DNA from: Bdellovibrionales bacterium
GTDB lineage: Bacteria > Bdellovibrionota > Bdellovibrionia > Bdellovibrionales > Bdellovibrionaceae
Direction of reading: 5' to 3'
Length of the DNA: 64,000 nt
Assembly: GCA_043747425.1 (NCBI GenBank)
Contig: JAYTPC010000138.1
Span: 21,271 to 85,270 of the forward strand
Part shown: in pieces, positions 18,092-28,287 of the stretch
How the letters are laid out: the number at the start of each line of letters is the position of its first letter
Position numbering within the stretch: the first letter of the stretch is position 1
Program-made: the position numbers and the translations under genes
Notes under the pieces: model-generated
The model's database searches: none
The model's input: the letters and a program-made list of their open reading frames with translations, nothing else
Told to the model about the DNA's origin: nothing

Positions 18092-19029
18092 AATGAAGCC
18101 TCTGGCTGTGCCTTTACTTTTTTAATTTTACTAAGCATATGCTTCCTTAAAAATTCAGTGACTTGATTTTCTGACCAAAAATCAAAGTTAGGTACAGCCA
18201 AGGTAGAATTCAGTTTCAGTTTGGGGGATGAACTGAGATGTGCAACCGAAGAAAACTGGCTAGAAACATAGTTTTTCAAATGAATGAAAGGCATGGCTTT
18301 CGCAACTGATTCGCGCAGTCGATTGATATAGAAATCTTGAAACTGAGGATTGTGCAATTGATTCGTGGGTTGAAAATTCCAAATATTTATTTTTTGACCA
18401 CTTAAACTACAGTACAGCCAATTATCAATAATTGTTTTTCGAGCCGAATCTAAAACTGCAAAAAATGGTGGCGTTTCAAAAAATGGAGCAACTGGTTTAA
18501 GATATTCATATTCAAAACTTATTGAAGTCCAAGTGTAATCGACGGTTGAGGTTGACCTAAAAACATGAATTTTTCGATTGGCTAAAGAATCTGTCAGCAA
18601 AGGGTGTGATTCCGTAAGAAGCAGATCAAAAATTTCGACTCCCTTTTTCTCAAGTTCGATGATTATTTTTTTCTGATTGGCATCGAACTGAATATCGATC
18701 ACAGCCGCCAAATCGACGACATTTGTTTTTTGCTCGGCAGAATCAGCAGCACCTGTTTGTGCAGCGATCAGATTGGATGCAATGTTTTGTTTTAATAGGT
18801 TGTAATTTATTTCCAATCTTGAAAATTCGTTTTGATGCATTGATGTTCTTCGACCAACGTCGTGCGGGATCATTAGTTTATTACTGAAAATATTGGCTTT
18901 ATCAAAATTTATAAAAGCATGGTTTTGTGATTTTTCTTTTAAAAAATAAACGACTTCATTATTTTCGGAACTTAAATATGAAACGCTTTTTAAACAGCTT
19001 CGATCATATCCTAGATAAGCAATTCTCAA
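18088..19029 (-). CDS. Hypothetical protein embedded in the pur operon (orf313)
   Basis: 313 stop-free codons on the operon strand in AT-rich DNA. TTGA overlap with the purN stop and ATGA overlap with the purB start. The N-terminus MRIAYLGYD..VVYFLKEK looks like a beta-alpha-beta start without GxGxxG. No family recognised. Confidence 0.6.
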   Translation of the reverse strand: MRIAYLGYDRSCLKSVSYLSSENNEVVYFLKEKSQNHAFINFDKANIFSNKLMIPHDVGRRTSMHQNEFSRLEINYNLLKQNIASNLIAAQTGAADSAEQKTNVVDLAAVIDIQFDANQKKIIIELEKKGVEIFDLLLTESHPLLTDSLANRKIHVFRSTSTVDYTWTSISFEYEYLKPVAPFFETPPFFAVLDSARKTIIDNWLYCSLSGQKINIWNFQPTNQLHNPQFQDFYINRLRESVAKAMPFIHLKNYVSSQFSSVAHLSSSPKLKLNSTLAVPNFDFWSENQVTEFLRKHMLSKIKKVKAQPEASL

Positions 19030-19577
19030 AGAGTCCTCCGATAAATGAATTCACGAAGTAAATGCTGCTCTGTGCGTCGAAGCAAAATATCTGCTTCTGC
19101 TAGGGTTTTCAATTTGGTATGATCTATTTTCAATGAAACCTGCTGCAGAAAAAGTGTTCCTTCATCCATTTTTTCGTCGATGACGTGGACCGTGACACCC
19201 ATAGGATGTTTTTTATCGAAATAATTCTTTTCTGCAGCTTTCAATCCGGGATAAAGTGGCAGAAGACTTGGGTGAATATTAAATATTTTATTGCGCCATT
19301 CATCCACAAAGGTCGCAGGTAACAGCTTCATATACCCGCCTAGAAAAATTTGATCTATTTTCATTCTCTTTAACTTTTCAGTTAACAGATCAAATGAACA
19401 TTCTTTACTTAAAAGCAAATGACAGCGACCAAATCGTTTGGCTTTAAGCAGTCCTAAAATATTTTTTTTATTACTAACAACTAATGGAATCGAAAACTGA
19501 TGTTGAAGTTCTAACAATGCCTGAAGGGTCGAACCACCACCAGAAATGAAAACCGCGGTATTTTTCGGCCTTCTCAT
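19026..19577 (-). CDS. purN: Phosphoribosylglycinamide formyltransferase
   Basis: AVFISGGGSTLQALLE, NIHPSLLPLYPG and MDEGTLF motifs. I prefer the ATG at 19577 (MRRPKNTAVF...), 11 nt after the purM stop. The track ORF extends to 19646 but would overlap purM. Confidence 0.85.
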   Translation of the reverse strand: MRRPKNTAVFISGGGSTLQALLELQHQFSIPLVVSNKKNILGLLKAKRFGRCHLLLSKECSFDLLTEKLKRMKIDQIFLGGYMKLLPATFVDEWRNKIFNIHPSLLPLYPGLKAAEKNYFDKKHPMGVTVHVIDEKMDEGTLFLQQVSLKIDHTKLKTLAEADILLRRTEQHLLREFIYRRTL

Positions 19578-19587
19578 GCCAGCAGAT

Positions 19588-20622
19588 CTAATCCCAACAG
19601 ACATGAGGCTCCTGTGGTGTGCGGTCTTCAATGACTCCAAGGACAAGTGTTTTAATACCCAAGCTGTTTATTTTTTCCTGACACTTCGTAATTTCTGATT
19701 GCGGTAGAATCAATACAAAACCAATTCCGCAATTGAAAGTTTCTAACATCTGCGCATCTGTCATCTGTGCCCGCTTTTGCACCTCTAGAAAACAGTCTGG
19801 CATTTTCCATATTTTAAGTCTTGCCTTAAGTATCTCAGGCAGCACGCGAGGAATATTTTCAACGCCGCCACCCGTGATATGAGCTGCCGCATGAATTTCA
19901 CAGTCTTGTTTTATACTTTGCATGGCTTCAACATAAAGAACTGTAGGAGCCATCAACCAGTCTTTATGCTTATCAAACTCATCAGCAAAAACATTTCTTA
20001 TCAATGAATAACCGTTACTATGAAAACCAGAACTTGCCAATCCTAAAATAACGTCGCCAGCTTTTACTTTGTGTGCACCCCACATTTTTTCTTCATCAAC
20101 AACACCTACTGAAAAACCAGCACAGTCGAAATCATTGGGTTGGTAAACGCCTGGCATTTCTGCAGTTTCACCACCAATTAAAACCAAATGAGATTTCTGA
20201 CAAGCCTTGCGAATACCAGCCAAGAATGCTTGCGCCGATTCCAGATTTAATTTTCCGACAGCGTAATAATCCAAAAAAAATAAAGGCGTTCCGCCTGTGC
20301 AAATCAAATCATTCACACACATTGCAACCAAGTCTTGTCCTACAGTAGAAAAATCATTGAAGTAAGATGCTATCTTCACTTTCGTTCCAACACCATCGGT
20401 GCAAGATACTAAAAGCGGTTTTTTCATTTGTGAGAAACGGCCGTCAAAAAGTGCTGCAAAACCGCCAATACCAGAGATAACCCTATTTTTATAATCAGGA
20501 ACATCAGAATGAAATTTAGATTTCAAAGTATTTTCAATAGAAGTTTCAGAAGAATTCTGTAACCAGGTGACCAATTGGTCACCTGTTTGAATGTCGACAC
20601 CAGATTTTTTGTAGTCGATCAA
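19588..20622 (-). CDS. purM: Phosphoribosylformylglycinamidine cyclo-ligase (AIR synthetase)
   Basis: 344 aa with YKKSGVDI, GIGGFAALF and CTDGVGTK. TTG start preceded by an AGGAG. Confidence 0.93.
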   Translation of the reverse strand: MIDYKKSGVDIQTGDQLVTWLQNSSETSIENTLKSKFHSDVPDYKNRVISGIGGFAALFDGRFSQMKKPLLVSCTDGVGTKVKIASYFNDFSTVGQDLVAMCVNDLICTGGTPLFFLDYYAVGKLNLESAQAFLAGIRKACQKSHLVLIGGETAEMPGVYQPNDFDCAGFSVGVVDEEKMWGAHKVKAGDVILGLASSGFHSNGYSLIRNVFADEFDKHKDWLMAPTVLYVEAMQSIKQDCEIHAAAHITGGGVENIPRVLPEILKARLKIWKMPDCFLEVQKRAQMTDAQMLETFNCGIGFVLILPQSEITKCQEKINSLGIKTLVLGVIEDRTPQEPHVCWD

Positions 20623-20764
20623 AACGCTCTCCTAAAGTTGATACAAAATACCAGCTGGTACTAATTAAGGACAAGTAAGTTTGGAATTAACGCTTCAGGA
20701 CTAAAGATGGGGAAATGCAAACATTTTTGTAGTCCTGCTTCACGGTTCCATTCACACTGTAAAA

Positions 20765-21547
20765 GTGATTTTGTATCTTCGTAAACTTCTGGCCTTTGCA
20801 GCCATAGTAATCAGCGTAAACCATTCGCAAACTTTTGCTCAAGGGGCTGATGTCGACGAGTCTTTTGACCCTTTTTCAGACTACAATGAGTTTGAACAAG
20901 ATGCTGAAGAAGAAGCCGATATTAATTTTTTCAAAAATGGCCGATTCTTAACTTTAGGATTGCAGTTAGGGTATCGTGGATTCACAAATGGCGGTTTTTC
21001 AGAAGCATACACACCGAATCTAATCTATGGAGTGCAATTTAGTTATTTCTTTGATCTGCAGTTGGCAACATCATTGGGATTCAGTATCGGCGACCACAAC
21101 GTGCAGTTTAAAAGTTATTCAGATGCTGCGTTTACTAGTGAGTCACAAACATATTCCGGCAACGTAAACATTCAAACATTAGATCTAAACTTCAAGTATT
21201 ACTTTAACACTGAAAATGTAACCAAGGGGCTTGCTGACTTAAATCCATATATTATTGCAGGCGTAGGCTACTACAAAAGAACATACAATCTGAGCAATGA
21301 GTTAGCACCAAATCCGGACAATATTCCTGGATTTAAACTTGGTGCGGGATTGGAAATTCCTCTGCTAAGACGGCGTGCTTATTTAGGAATTCAAGGATCG
21401 TATCACTTGGTGCAATTTCCTGATGAAAATAAACGATTCATTGAAGAAGGTTCTGGCGGAGTCGCTGGTGCTGAACCGCGACCAGTGAAGCCGTCTTTGG
21501 ATGGAGATATTTTTGATTTCTCATCGATTATCGGGATTAATTTTTAA
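20765..21547 (+). CDS. Outer-membrane beta-barrel protein (OmpA-like/porin family)
   Basis: 260 aa with a signal peptide ending AQG. Alternating aromatic/Gly-rich strands (GVGYYKRTY, GFKLGAGLEI). C-terminal IIGINF with the terminal Phe typical of OMPs. Confidence 0.7.
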   Translation: MILYLRKLLAFAAIVISVNHSQTFAQGADVDESFDPFSDYNEFEQDAEEEADINFFKNGRFLTLGLQLGYRGFTNGGFSEAYTPNLIYGVQFSYFFDLQLATSLGFSIGDHNVQFKSYSDAAFTSESQTYSGNVNIQTLDLNFKYYFNTENVTKGLADLNPYIIAGVGYYKRTYNLSNELAPNPDNIPGFKLGAGLEIPLLRRRAYLGIQGSYHLVQFPDENKRFIEEGSGGVAGAEPRPVKPSLDGDIFDFSSIIGINF

Positions 21548-22904
21548 TGAACCCCAGAAGCTGAAACACCAACCCAAAAACGATCACGGCGGGAACTACC
21601 CACTTCAAAGAAAATCGCCAGTGAGAATACATACTAAAACTGGTGGGGCTACCATCTTTTATAAACAGTTTTTTTCGGTCAGCTTCACTTAAAGCTAAAA
21701 GTGCAATAACAACCATTCCTAAACCAGCGATCGGCAGTAAGCCGTTGATCAAAAATGAATCCATTGTTTCGATAAAACTTTGACCTTTTAATTTAAAATT
21801 TCTAAACAGCGTCCCAGAAAATGCGGGCAAAATAGTTAAAGCCAAAATAGCCAAACCCGATAACCAGGCTGACAAAGATCTTTTTAGTTCGGGTCTTTTT
21901 TCCACCAAATTGGCAGTAACCGTTTCTAATAATCCAATACTGGCATTCAATGCTGCAAGCCACAAACACACAAAAAAGATAAGCCCAAAGAAAACTCCGC
22001 CTTTATCTTTTGCTAAAAATTTTGGTAGCACTTCAAATAATAAACCTGGATCAGTCAGCGGCTGTTTTGACATTGAAAAGGCAATTGGAAAAATTAAAAG
22101 GACTGCAACAATTGAAATGACGGTGTCGACTAAAGTTACTCGAAAGCCAATATTTGGCAAATGTTCCTCATTCTTAAAATAAGACCCAAATGTCACCATG
22201 GTTCCAAAACCTAAAGACAACGTGAAGAAAACATGTCCGACTGCATGACCTAACGAACCCCAAGTTAACTTTGAAAAATCAGGATAAAAAAGAAACCGCA
22301 AAACATCAGGAGTAGAGTCCAGCGACATTGATTTTACTAAAAGCACAATAACTAACAAACCAAAAAGTGGTAGCAGTGACGTGATCCAACGCTCGACTCC
22401 TTCGCTGAAACCTTTAACAACGATAACGATTGAAATAAGCAAATGCACACTAGCGAGTAAAAACTGTAACCAAGAATTTTGATACAAGGCTGACGTCAGA
22501 TTTTTGTTCAAAAAAATAGTCGGCTGATCGTGAAACAAACTTAAAAGAAATTGCATCAGGTAATGAAGCACCCAGCCGCAAATAACCGAATAGTAAGCTA
22601 AAGTCACAGCACTGATACAAACACTCAGCCAGCCAAACAAATGAAATGGCTTTTTATACTGAACAGCTACTCTTTTAGAAGCCACTAAAATACTGACCTC
22701 AGAAAAGTGCCCAATCATCAGTTCAGCGATTAAAAGAGTTAAACCTACTGTAAGAGCTAAAAACACATACAAAAGTAAAAAAGCACCGCCACCGTTTTCG
22801 CCCACGATGTATGGAAATCGCCATAAATTACCTAAACCACAGGCACTACCGATGGCTAACAAATAAAATGAAAAGCGATTTCGCCATGACGACTTTTTTG
22901 ACAT
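21537..22904 (-). CDS. Sodium-dependent transporter, NSS/SNF family
   Basis: 455 aa, multi-TM, with the hallmark GSACGLGNLWRFPY near the N-terminus. Confidence 0.88.
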   Translation of the reverse strand: MSKKSSWRNRFSFYLLAIGSACGLGNLWRFPYIVGENGGGAFLLLYVFLALTVGLTLLIAELMIGHFSEVSILVASKRVAVQYKKPFHLFGWLSVCISAVTLAYYSVICGWVLHYLMQFLLSLFHDQPTIFLNKNLTSALYQNSWLQFLLASVHLLISIVIVVKGFSEGVERWITSLLPLFGLLVIVLLVKSMSLDSTPDVLRFLFYPDFSKLTWGSLGHAVGHVFFTLSLGFGTMVTFGSYFKNEEHLPNIGFRVTLVDTVISIVAVLLIFPIAFSMSKQPLTDPGLLFEVLPKFLAKDKGGVFFGLIFFVCLWLAALNASIGLLETVTANLVEKRPELKRSLSAWLSGLAILALTILPAFSGTLFRNFKLKGQSFIETMDSFLINGLLPIAGLGMVVIALLALSEADRKKLFIKDGSPTSFSMYSHWRFSLKWVVPAVIVFGLVFQLLGFIKN

Positions 22905-22914
22905 TAGTTCACCA

Positions 22915-24288
22915 TCAATCTGGTGCCTTGCCGCCGCTTCTAGTTTTCATACAGAAAATGCGAATCGGAGTTCCTTGGAGATTGTATTCTTCTTTAAGAT
23001 GTTTGATCAAAAATCGGCGGTAAGATGGAGTAACTCCGTCCGGATGATTGGCAAACGCTATGAAAGCTGGTGGCTTTTGATACGTCTGAGTTAAGTAGTA
23101 AAACTTCACATTTTTTACACCCCAAACAGGTGCTGGAGTTTTACGAATAGTATCAAAAAAGAAATTATTCAACTCGTTTGTTGAAATTCTAAAGTTAATA
23201 TTATTGGTCACTTTTTCGATCATCTTAAATAGATCTGGTATGCCAGATCCAGTTTCAGCTGAAGTAAACACGATCGGAACGTCTGTGAAAAAATGAAATA
23301 CACGTTCGACCTGGGCCCGAAATGTTTCTCGGTAATTTTCAACTTCTACACCAGCTAAATCTGATTTATTAGCAACGATCATTACGCCCTTATGATCATT
23401 CAGAATCGATTCCATAATTTTAGCATCTTGTTCAGAAGGTCCCGTCAAGCCATCGATGACCAGTAAAACCATATCAGCTCTGCGGATAGATTCTTTAGAT
23501 TTAAATGCGGATATGATTTCAATGTCTTCTTCCCGCTTGGACTGGCGCCGTAAACCTGCGGTGTCGACAATAATATAATGGCGGTCGTTGTAAATAAACG
23601 GCGAATCCACAGAGTCAACGGTAGTACCGGCAACTTCTGAAACTAGCATTCTGTGTACACCCAATAATCGATTGCAAAGAGAACTTTTACCAACGTTCGG
23701 TTTTCCAACCATGGCGATGCGCATGCCCTCTTTTAAGTGAGCTGTTTGTTCAGGAATATGTTTATTTAGCCATTCCATAATTTCAGCAAGACCTGCGCGT
23801 TGTTCAAACGAGGCTGCAACAATATCAGAACCAAACTCATAAAAATCAGCTTTAGCAATATCTTGTTCATGCTGGCGGTCCACTTTATTAATAATCAACA
23901 GCATCGGTTTACCCGTTTGCTTCGCAATTTTAATGATATCTCGGTCTTCAGGGACCAGGCCCACACGTCCGTCCATCACGACCAAAATAAAATCAACGGT
24001 AAATAAAAAATCAGTCACTTGTTCTTTGATCAATTTTGAAAAAAGATCCTGCGACTCTGTTAACCCGCCCGTGTCAATAAGATCAAATTTTTTACCCCAT
24101 ACATCCACCGGTTCGATGATGATGTCGCGGGTTACACCCGGCTGGTTCTTCACGACAGACTTTCTGGAATTTGTTAAAATATTAAATAAAGTGCTTTTAC
24201 CAACATTTGGCCTGCCGATAATAGCCACCTTAGAGGCAAACTGAGTTTCGTATGTGGATTCTGTAATATTACTTTCGTTCAATGACAT
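22915..24288 (-). CDS. der: Ribosome-associated GTPase Der (EngA)
   Basis: 457 aa with two tandem GTPase domains (GRPNVGKSTLFN...DTGG and GKPNVGKSSLCN...DTAG) plus a KH-like C-terminus. Confidence 0.95.
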   Translation of the reverse strand: MSLNESNITESTYETQFASKVAIIGRPNVGKSTLFNILTNSRKSVVKNQPGVTRDIIIEPVDVWGKKFDLIDTGGLTESQDLFSKLIKEQVTDFLFTVDFILVVMDGRVGLVPEDRDIIKIAKQTGKPMLLIINKVDRQHEQDIAKADFYEFGSDIVAASFEQRAGLAEIMEWLNKHIPEQTAHLKEGMRIAMVGKPNVGKSSLCNRLLGVHRMLVSEVAGTTVDSVDSPFIYNDRHYIIVDTAGLRRQSKREEDIEIISAFKSKESIRRADMVLLVIDGLTGPSEQDAKIMESILNDHKGVMIVANKSDLAGVEVENYRETFRAQVERVFHFFTDVPIVFTSAETGSGIPDLFKMIEKVTNNINFRISTNELNNFFFDTIRKTPAPVWGVKNVKFYYLTQTYQKPPAFIAFANHPDGVTPSYRRFLIKHLKEEYNLQGTPIRIFCMKTRSGGKAPD

Positions 24289-25186
24289 AACCTAATTCTT
24301 TCATCGTTTGTAAATGCTCAAACCAATTGTCTTTAACAACCACGTTAACTTCTAAGAAAACTTTTCCGCCAACTAGCTTTTCAATTTCCCCGCGACTTTT
24401 TTGTGATATTTTTTTTATGAGCTCTGCACCTTTACCAATAATGATAGGCTTGTGGCTATCTTTAGCTACCAACACATCAACATAAATTTTAGGACACGGC
24501 TTTGCTTCTTCATCGTATTTGCGGACCTGAACTGCTAATTGGTACGGAATTTCATAATTCAGGTTTTCAAAGCACTGCTCACGAACAATTTCAGCAACAA
24601 GTTCACGCATATTTTCTGTTGTGTAGATATCGTCTTCAAACAGAGCTTGCTCAGCTTTAGGCAGCAAAGCTTCGATTTCTTTAAATAAATCTTCACGGTA
24701 TTCATCACCATCACGCATGGTCGACATCAGAATTGCTTTACCGCCAGCTTTTTCGACCATTTCTTTTAATATTAAAACACGGTGGAATTTATCTTCCATG
24801 TCTACTTTGGTAATCACAGCCAACCAAGGGCGCTTCGCATTCTTGACCATCTCTAAGATCGTTTCAGCATCCTCTGCAGATTTTTGATCCAAATTCAAAA
24901 CAGCTAATAGCACGTCACTTTCTTTTATAACGTCTAACGCTTCTTTTTCTAGAAAAGAATTTAGCCCCTTTGCCGCTTTGATAACTCCGGGTGCATCTAT
25001 GAAAATAGTTTGTGACATAGGCGTTGTGTGGATTCCTAAGATTCTTCGTCTTGTGGTTTGCGGCTTATTTGTGACGATAGAAACTTTTTCTTTAATGAGA
25101 TAATTCATCAAAGAACTTTTTCCTGCGTTTGGCTGACCAATTAAGCCGACATACCCTGCTTTGTAACTCATATTTTTTCCAATCAT
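24269..25186 (-). CDS. era: GTPase Era
   Basis: 305 aa with GQPNAGKSSLMN, DAPG and a KH C-terminal domain (IIGKGAELIKKI). ATGA overlap with rnc. The alternative ATG at 25171 cannot be excluded. Confidence 0.93.
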   Translation of the reverse strand: MIGKNMSYKAGYVGLIGQPNAGKSSLMNYLIKEKVSIVTNKPQTTRRRILGIHTTPMSQTIFIDAPGVIKAAKGLNSFLEKEALDVIKESDVLLAVLNLDQKSAEDAETILEMVKNAKRPWLAVITKVDMEDKFHRVLILKEMVEKAGGKAILMSTMRDGDEYREDLFKEIEALLPKAEQALFEDDIYTTENMRELVAEIVREQCFENLNYEIPYQLAVQVRKYDEEAKPCPKIYVDVLVAKDSHKPIIIGKGAELIKKISQKSRGEIEKLVGGKVFLEVNVVVKDNWFEHLQTMKELGYVIERK

Positions 25187-25881
25187 GTTTTATTATCTTT
25201 TTTTAATAAATCTATATAAAATTCTGCTGCTTGCTGTTCTGCTTTTTTCTTGCTGCTGCCTGTGGCTCTGGATTTTTCGACATCATTTAGTTTTAGTGCG
25301 ACCAAAAAACTGGGCTGATGTGATGGGCCCTTTGTCATTAGCATTTCGTAAACGGGCGTACCCATCTTATATTTCTGAGTGATTTCTTGAAGTCTAGTTT
25401 TGAAATCTGTTTCAAACCCAGACACTTCATCCAATTTAAAATCAAGTTGCTTAAAGTGATACAAAACAACTTTTTTTGCACTCAAATAATCTGAATCCAA
25501 AAAAATAGCACCGATGATGGCTTCAAAACAAGAAGCTAAAATCCGCGGCTTCAAATGAGAAAGCTGTTTTTTTTCGCCCGGACCTAAAATAATTTGGTCA
25601 GCTAAGAAACAATTTAAAGCCAGTTGATTTAAAGTTGTCTGATTGACAAGGCTAGCTCGTTTTTTGCTAAGTAATCCTTCACTATCATTTGGAAACTGCT
25701 TAAATAAATCCTCAGCAACGATAAAGTTTAAAATAGAGTCACCAAGATATTCTAAACGTTCAAAATTAGGCTGGTTCAAATTAAGTTCAATGCAATAACT
25801 TTTATGAGTTAAAGCCTCTTTGAGAAGCTTCGGGTTAGTAAATTTATAATGAATGTGATTTTCTACAAAATTAGAGCTCAT
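25183..25881 (-). CDS. rnc: Ribonuclease III
   Basis: 232 aa with the signature ERLEYLGDSILNF and a C-terminal dsRBD (KTRLQE...GSSKKKAEQQAA). Confidence 0.95.
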   Translation of the reverse strand: MSSNFVENHIHYKFTNPKLLKEALTHKSYCIELNLNQPNFERLEYLGDSILNFIVAEDLFKQFPNDSEGLLSKKRASLVNQTTLNQLALNCFLADQIILGPGEKKQLSHLKPRILASCFEAIIGAIFLDSDYLSAKKVVLYHFKQLDFKLDEVSGFETDFKTRLQEITQKYKMGTPVYEMLMTKGPSHQPSFLVALKLNDVEKSRATGSSKKKAEQQAAEFYIDLLKKDNKT

Positions 25882-27190
25882 TGCAATGCTCTCCTAGAAG
25901 TATCACTTCAGAATTGGAAAACTGAACATCCTTGATTATCACATTTTTTATTTCATTCTTTTTGGTGACAGTCGGAAACTTCACCGACCAATAATCTTTA
26001 GACAAGCCGTCATATTTTTTTGACGTGCTATTCAAGGTCAGTACCGACTTAATCTGACCTCGTTGTTTGAGTGCTTGCGACTGATATCTGTGCAGACTTA
26101 GTTCTCGAAGTTTCTCGGCGCGTTGTTTACGCACATGATAATGCACCTGAGCCAGTTGTTCTGCTTTGGTGCCAACACGTTCGCTGTACGGAAAAACATG
26201 AAGCCTAGTCCACGGAGAATCTGCTAAAATAGAAACCGTATTTTCAAACTGAGTTTCACTTTCTGTTGGGAAACCGGCAATCACATCCATACCAACAAAA
26301 GCGTTTGGAACAAGCTTCTCAATTTGCTGCAGGGACTTTTGAACTTCGTCAGCACCGTATTTACGCTTCATCTGCTTTAAAACATCTGTATCACCGCTTT
26401 GGATGCTCATGTGAAAATGGGGACACAGTCTTTGGTCCTGATACATCTCTAGCAGTCTAATTGATATTTCAATCGGTTCTAGCGACGATAAGCGAATTCT
26501 TGGAATCGTTGTTTGTTTCAAAATATTTTCAACAAGATCTTCCAATGACTTTTTTTGACCAAGGACCTGGTCTTCGTAATCGCCAATGTGCACGCCTGTT
26601 AATACAACTTCATTCACGGCCGCAGCTTCTAATTCTTTTATCCGCTGTACAATATTAGCGATTGGAATGGATCTACTTTTACCACGGGCGTAGGGAATTA
26701 TACAAAAAGTACAAAAACTATTGCACCCGTCTTGAATTTTAAGAAAACTACGCGTGTGATGCACTTCAATTCCACCACCGATTTCTAAGTCTTCTTTTTT
26801 AAAGATATTTGATTTAAAAACTTTGTCTTTTACTTCACCTTTAAAAAACTGATCCAAAATCTGTGGCAGCATTCCCTTATGAGAATTTGCAACTACCAAA
26901 TCTGCCCCTGGTAAATTCTTAAACGCGTCCGTATCCACTTGAGCTGCACAACCAGTAACAACAATTGTAGCCAGCGGCTGCTGTGATTTTATTTTTCGAA
27001 TCAGCCTAACAGCTTGCTGCGTGGCTTCTGCCGTAACCGCACATGTATTTAGAACGTGAATAAGTGGTTTTGCTTCTTTCAAAATGAAGTTCTGGTTTAA
27101 ATTCTTTTGAATAAGCCCTGTATCATAGGTATTTACCTTGCAACCAAAAGTGTGCATCACAAAATCATTTTTCATGAAAGAGTAATCCAT
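25871..27190 (-). CDS. mtaB: Radical-SAM methylthiotransferase, MtaB-like (tRNA ms2t6A)
   Basis: 439 aa with an UPF0004 N-domain ([12 protein letters not shown]), the radical SAM motif CNSFCTFC and a TRAM-like C-terminus. MtaB versus MiaB/RimO is judged only from the N-terminal motif. Confidence 0.7.
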   Translation of the reverse strand: MDYSFMKNDFVMHTFGCKVNTYDTGLIQKNLNQNFILKEAKPLIHVLNTCAVTAEATQQAVRLIRKIKSQQPLATIVVTGCAAQVDTDAFKNLPGADLVVANSHKGMLPQILDQFFKGEVKDKVFKSNIFKKEDLEIGGGIEVHHTRSFLKIQDGCNSFCTFCIIPYARGKSRSIPIANIVQRIKELEAAAVNEVVLTGVHIGDYEDQVLGQKKSLEDLVENILKQTTIPRIRLSSLEPIEISIRLLEMYQDQRLCPHFHMSIQSGDTDVLKQMKRKYGADEVQKSLQQIEKLVPNAFVGMDVIAGFPTESETQFENTVSILADSPWTRLHVFPYSERVGTKAEQLAQVHYHVRKQRAEKLRELSLHRYQSQALKQRGQIKSVLTLNSTSKKYDGLSKDYWSVKFPTVTKKNEIKNVIIKDVQFSNSEVILLGEHCNEL

Positions 27191-28287
27191 CCGCCACCAA
27201 TGAGTTTTTGATTTTGATAAATAACTGCAGCTTGTCCCGGTGTGATGGCTCTTTGCGCGTCAGAAAACTTAATTTTGTAGCCATTGGCTGTCTTAGTTAA
27301 ACGCGCGCTAGCACCCTGATGTTGGTAGCGAATTTTCACTTGGTAATCGGCTTCTTCATCTAGTGCTGACAGTAAATGTGTTTCAATAATTTGCACTTCG
27401 TCATGAAGTAAGTATTTTTCTTCGCCGACCCAGACTGTGTTGTCGCCAGCTTCAATTTTTATAACAAACAGCTTTTCGTGATAGGTCATCCCTAGACCTT
27501 TACTTTGTCCGATCGTATAAAGATGAATGCCTTCGTGGCGGCCCATCACTTCTCCGGTTGGAAATCGTTTGAGCTTTCCTTTTTTTGAATCTAAAATAGT
27601 TTTTGAAACGTTTTCTTTGATGAACTGATCGTAACCCTTAGAACCAACAAAACATATACCCGTTGAATCTTTTTTCTTGGCAACGACCAAAGATTTAGCT
27701 TCAGCAATTTCTCTGACCTGCGGTTTTTTTAAGTGACCAATTGGAAAGAGTAATTTGGGAATAATTTTTGGATCGATTGTGAATAAAAAATAGGTTTGAT
27801 CTTTCCAGTCGTCAGTTGATGTTTGGATGTGTGCCTGACCGTCTTTATCAGTAATAATCTGAGCATAATGGCCAGTCGCCAAATAATCACAATCAAGCTC
27901 TTTCATTTTTTGCACCAAGTGATCGAACTTCAAAAACGTATTGCAGTTCACACACGGAAGCGGAGTCTGCCCGTTCATATATGAATTTAGGAAAGGATCT
28001 ATGACTGTAGCTTTAAACTTTGCTTCACAGTTTAAAACATAAAACGGAATCCCAAGGCGATCTGCAACGCTTCTTGCATCATCGACATCAAGACTTGAAC
28101 AACACGTTCCACTGCCCTCAGTGATATCGCAAGCTGAATAATCCCAGACTTGCATGGTCGCACCAATCACCTCGTATCCTTGATCAACAAGAAGACTTGC
28201 GGCAACAGAACTATCGACACCACCACTCATCGCAACCAAGACTCGACCCTTTGATTTTTTTGATTCTGAATTATTTAACGGCGTCAT
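27172..28287 (-). CDS. mnmA: tRNA-specific 2-thiouridylase
   Basis: 371 aa with the PP-loop [11 protein letters not shown], catalytic Cys regions (CCS, TGICF) and a GQAAVIY C-terminal barrel. Confidence 0.93.
   Translation of the reverse strand: MTPLNNSESKKSKGRVLVAMSGGVDSSVAASLLVDQGYEVIGATMQVWDYSACDITEGSGTCCSSLDVDDARSVADRLGIPFYVLNCEAKFKATVIDPFLNSYMNGQTPLPCVNCNTFLKFDHLVQKMKELDCDYLATGHYAQIITDKDGQAHIQTSTDDWKDQTYFLFTIDPKIIPKLLFPIGHLKKPQVREIAEAKSLVVAKKKDSTGICFVGSKGYDQFIKENVSKTILDSKKGKLKRFPTGEVMGRHEGIHLYTIGQSKGLGMTYHEKLFVIKIEAGDNTVWVGEEKYLLHDEVQIIETHLLSALDEEADYQVKIRYQHQGASARLTKTANGYKIKFSDAQRAITPGQAAVIYQNQKLIGGGWITLS

Noticed and set aside
18088-19029. orf313 as a divergent PurK/PurT (ATP-grasp) or PurE substitute, since those steps are not encoded in the cluster.
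   Set aside because: There are no ATP-grasp or PurE signature motifs and the length is too short for PurK. Those genes may simply lie elsewhere. It is kept only as an unknown.
20649-20660. A 12-bp perfect palindrome, TACCAGCTGGTA, and an 8-bp stem (CAGGACTA...TAGTCCTG, 20696-20737) lie in the divergent purM/OMP intergenic region. I considered a PurR-type operator or a purine/ZTP riboswitch.
   Set aside because: More than ten 12-bp palindromes are expected by chance in 64 kb. The sequence does not resemble the E. coli PurR box or the Bacillus PurBox as I recall them. I could not find the conserved cores of purine or ZTP riboswitches in the leader.
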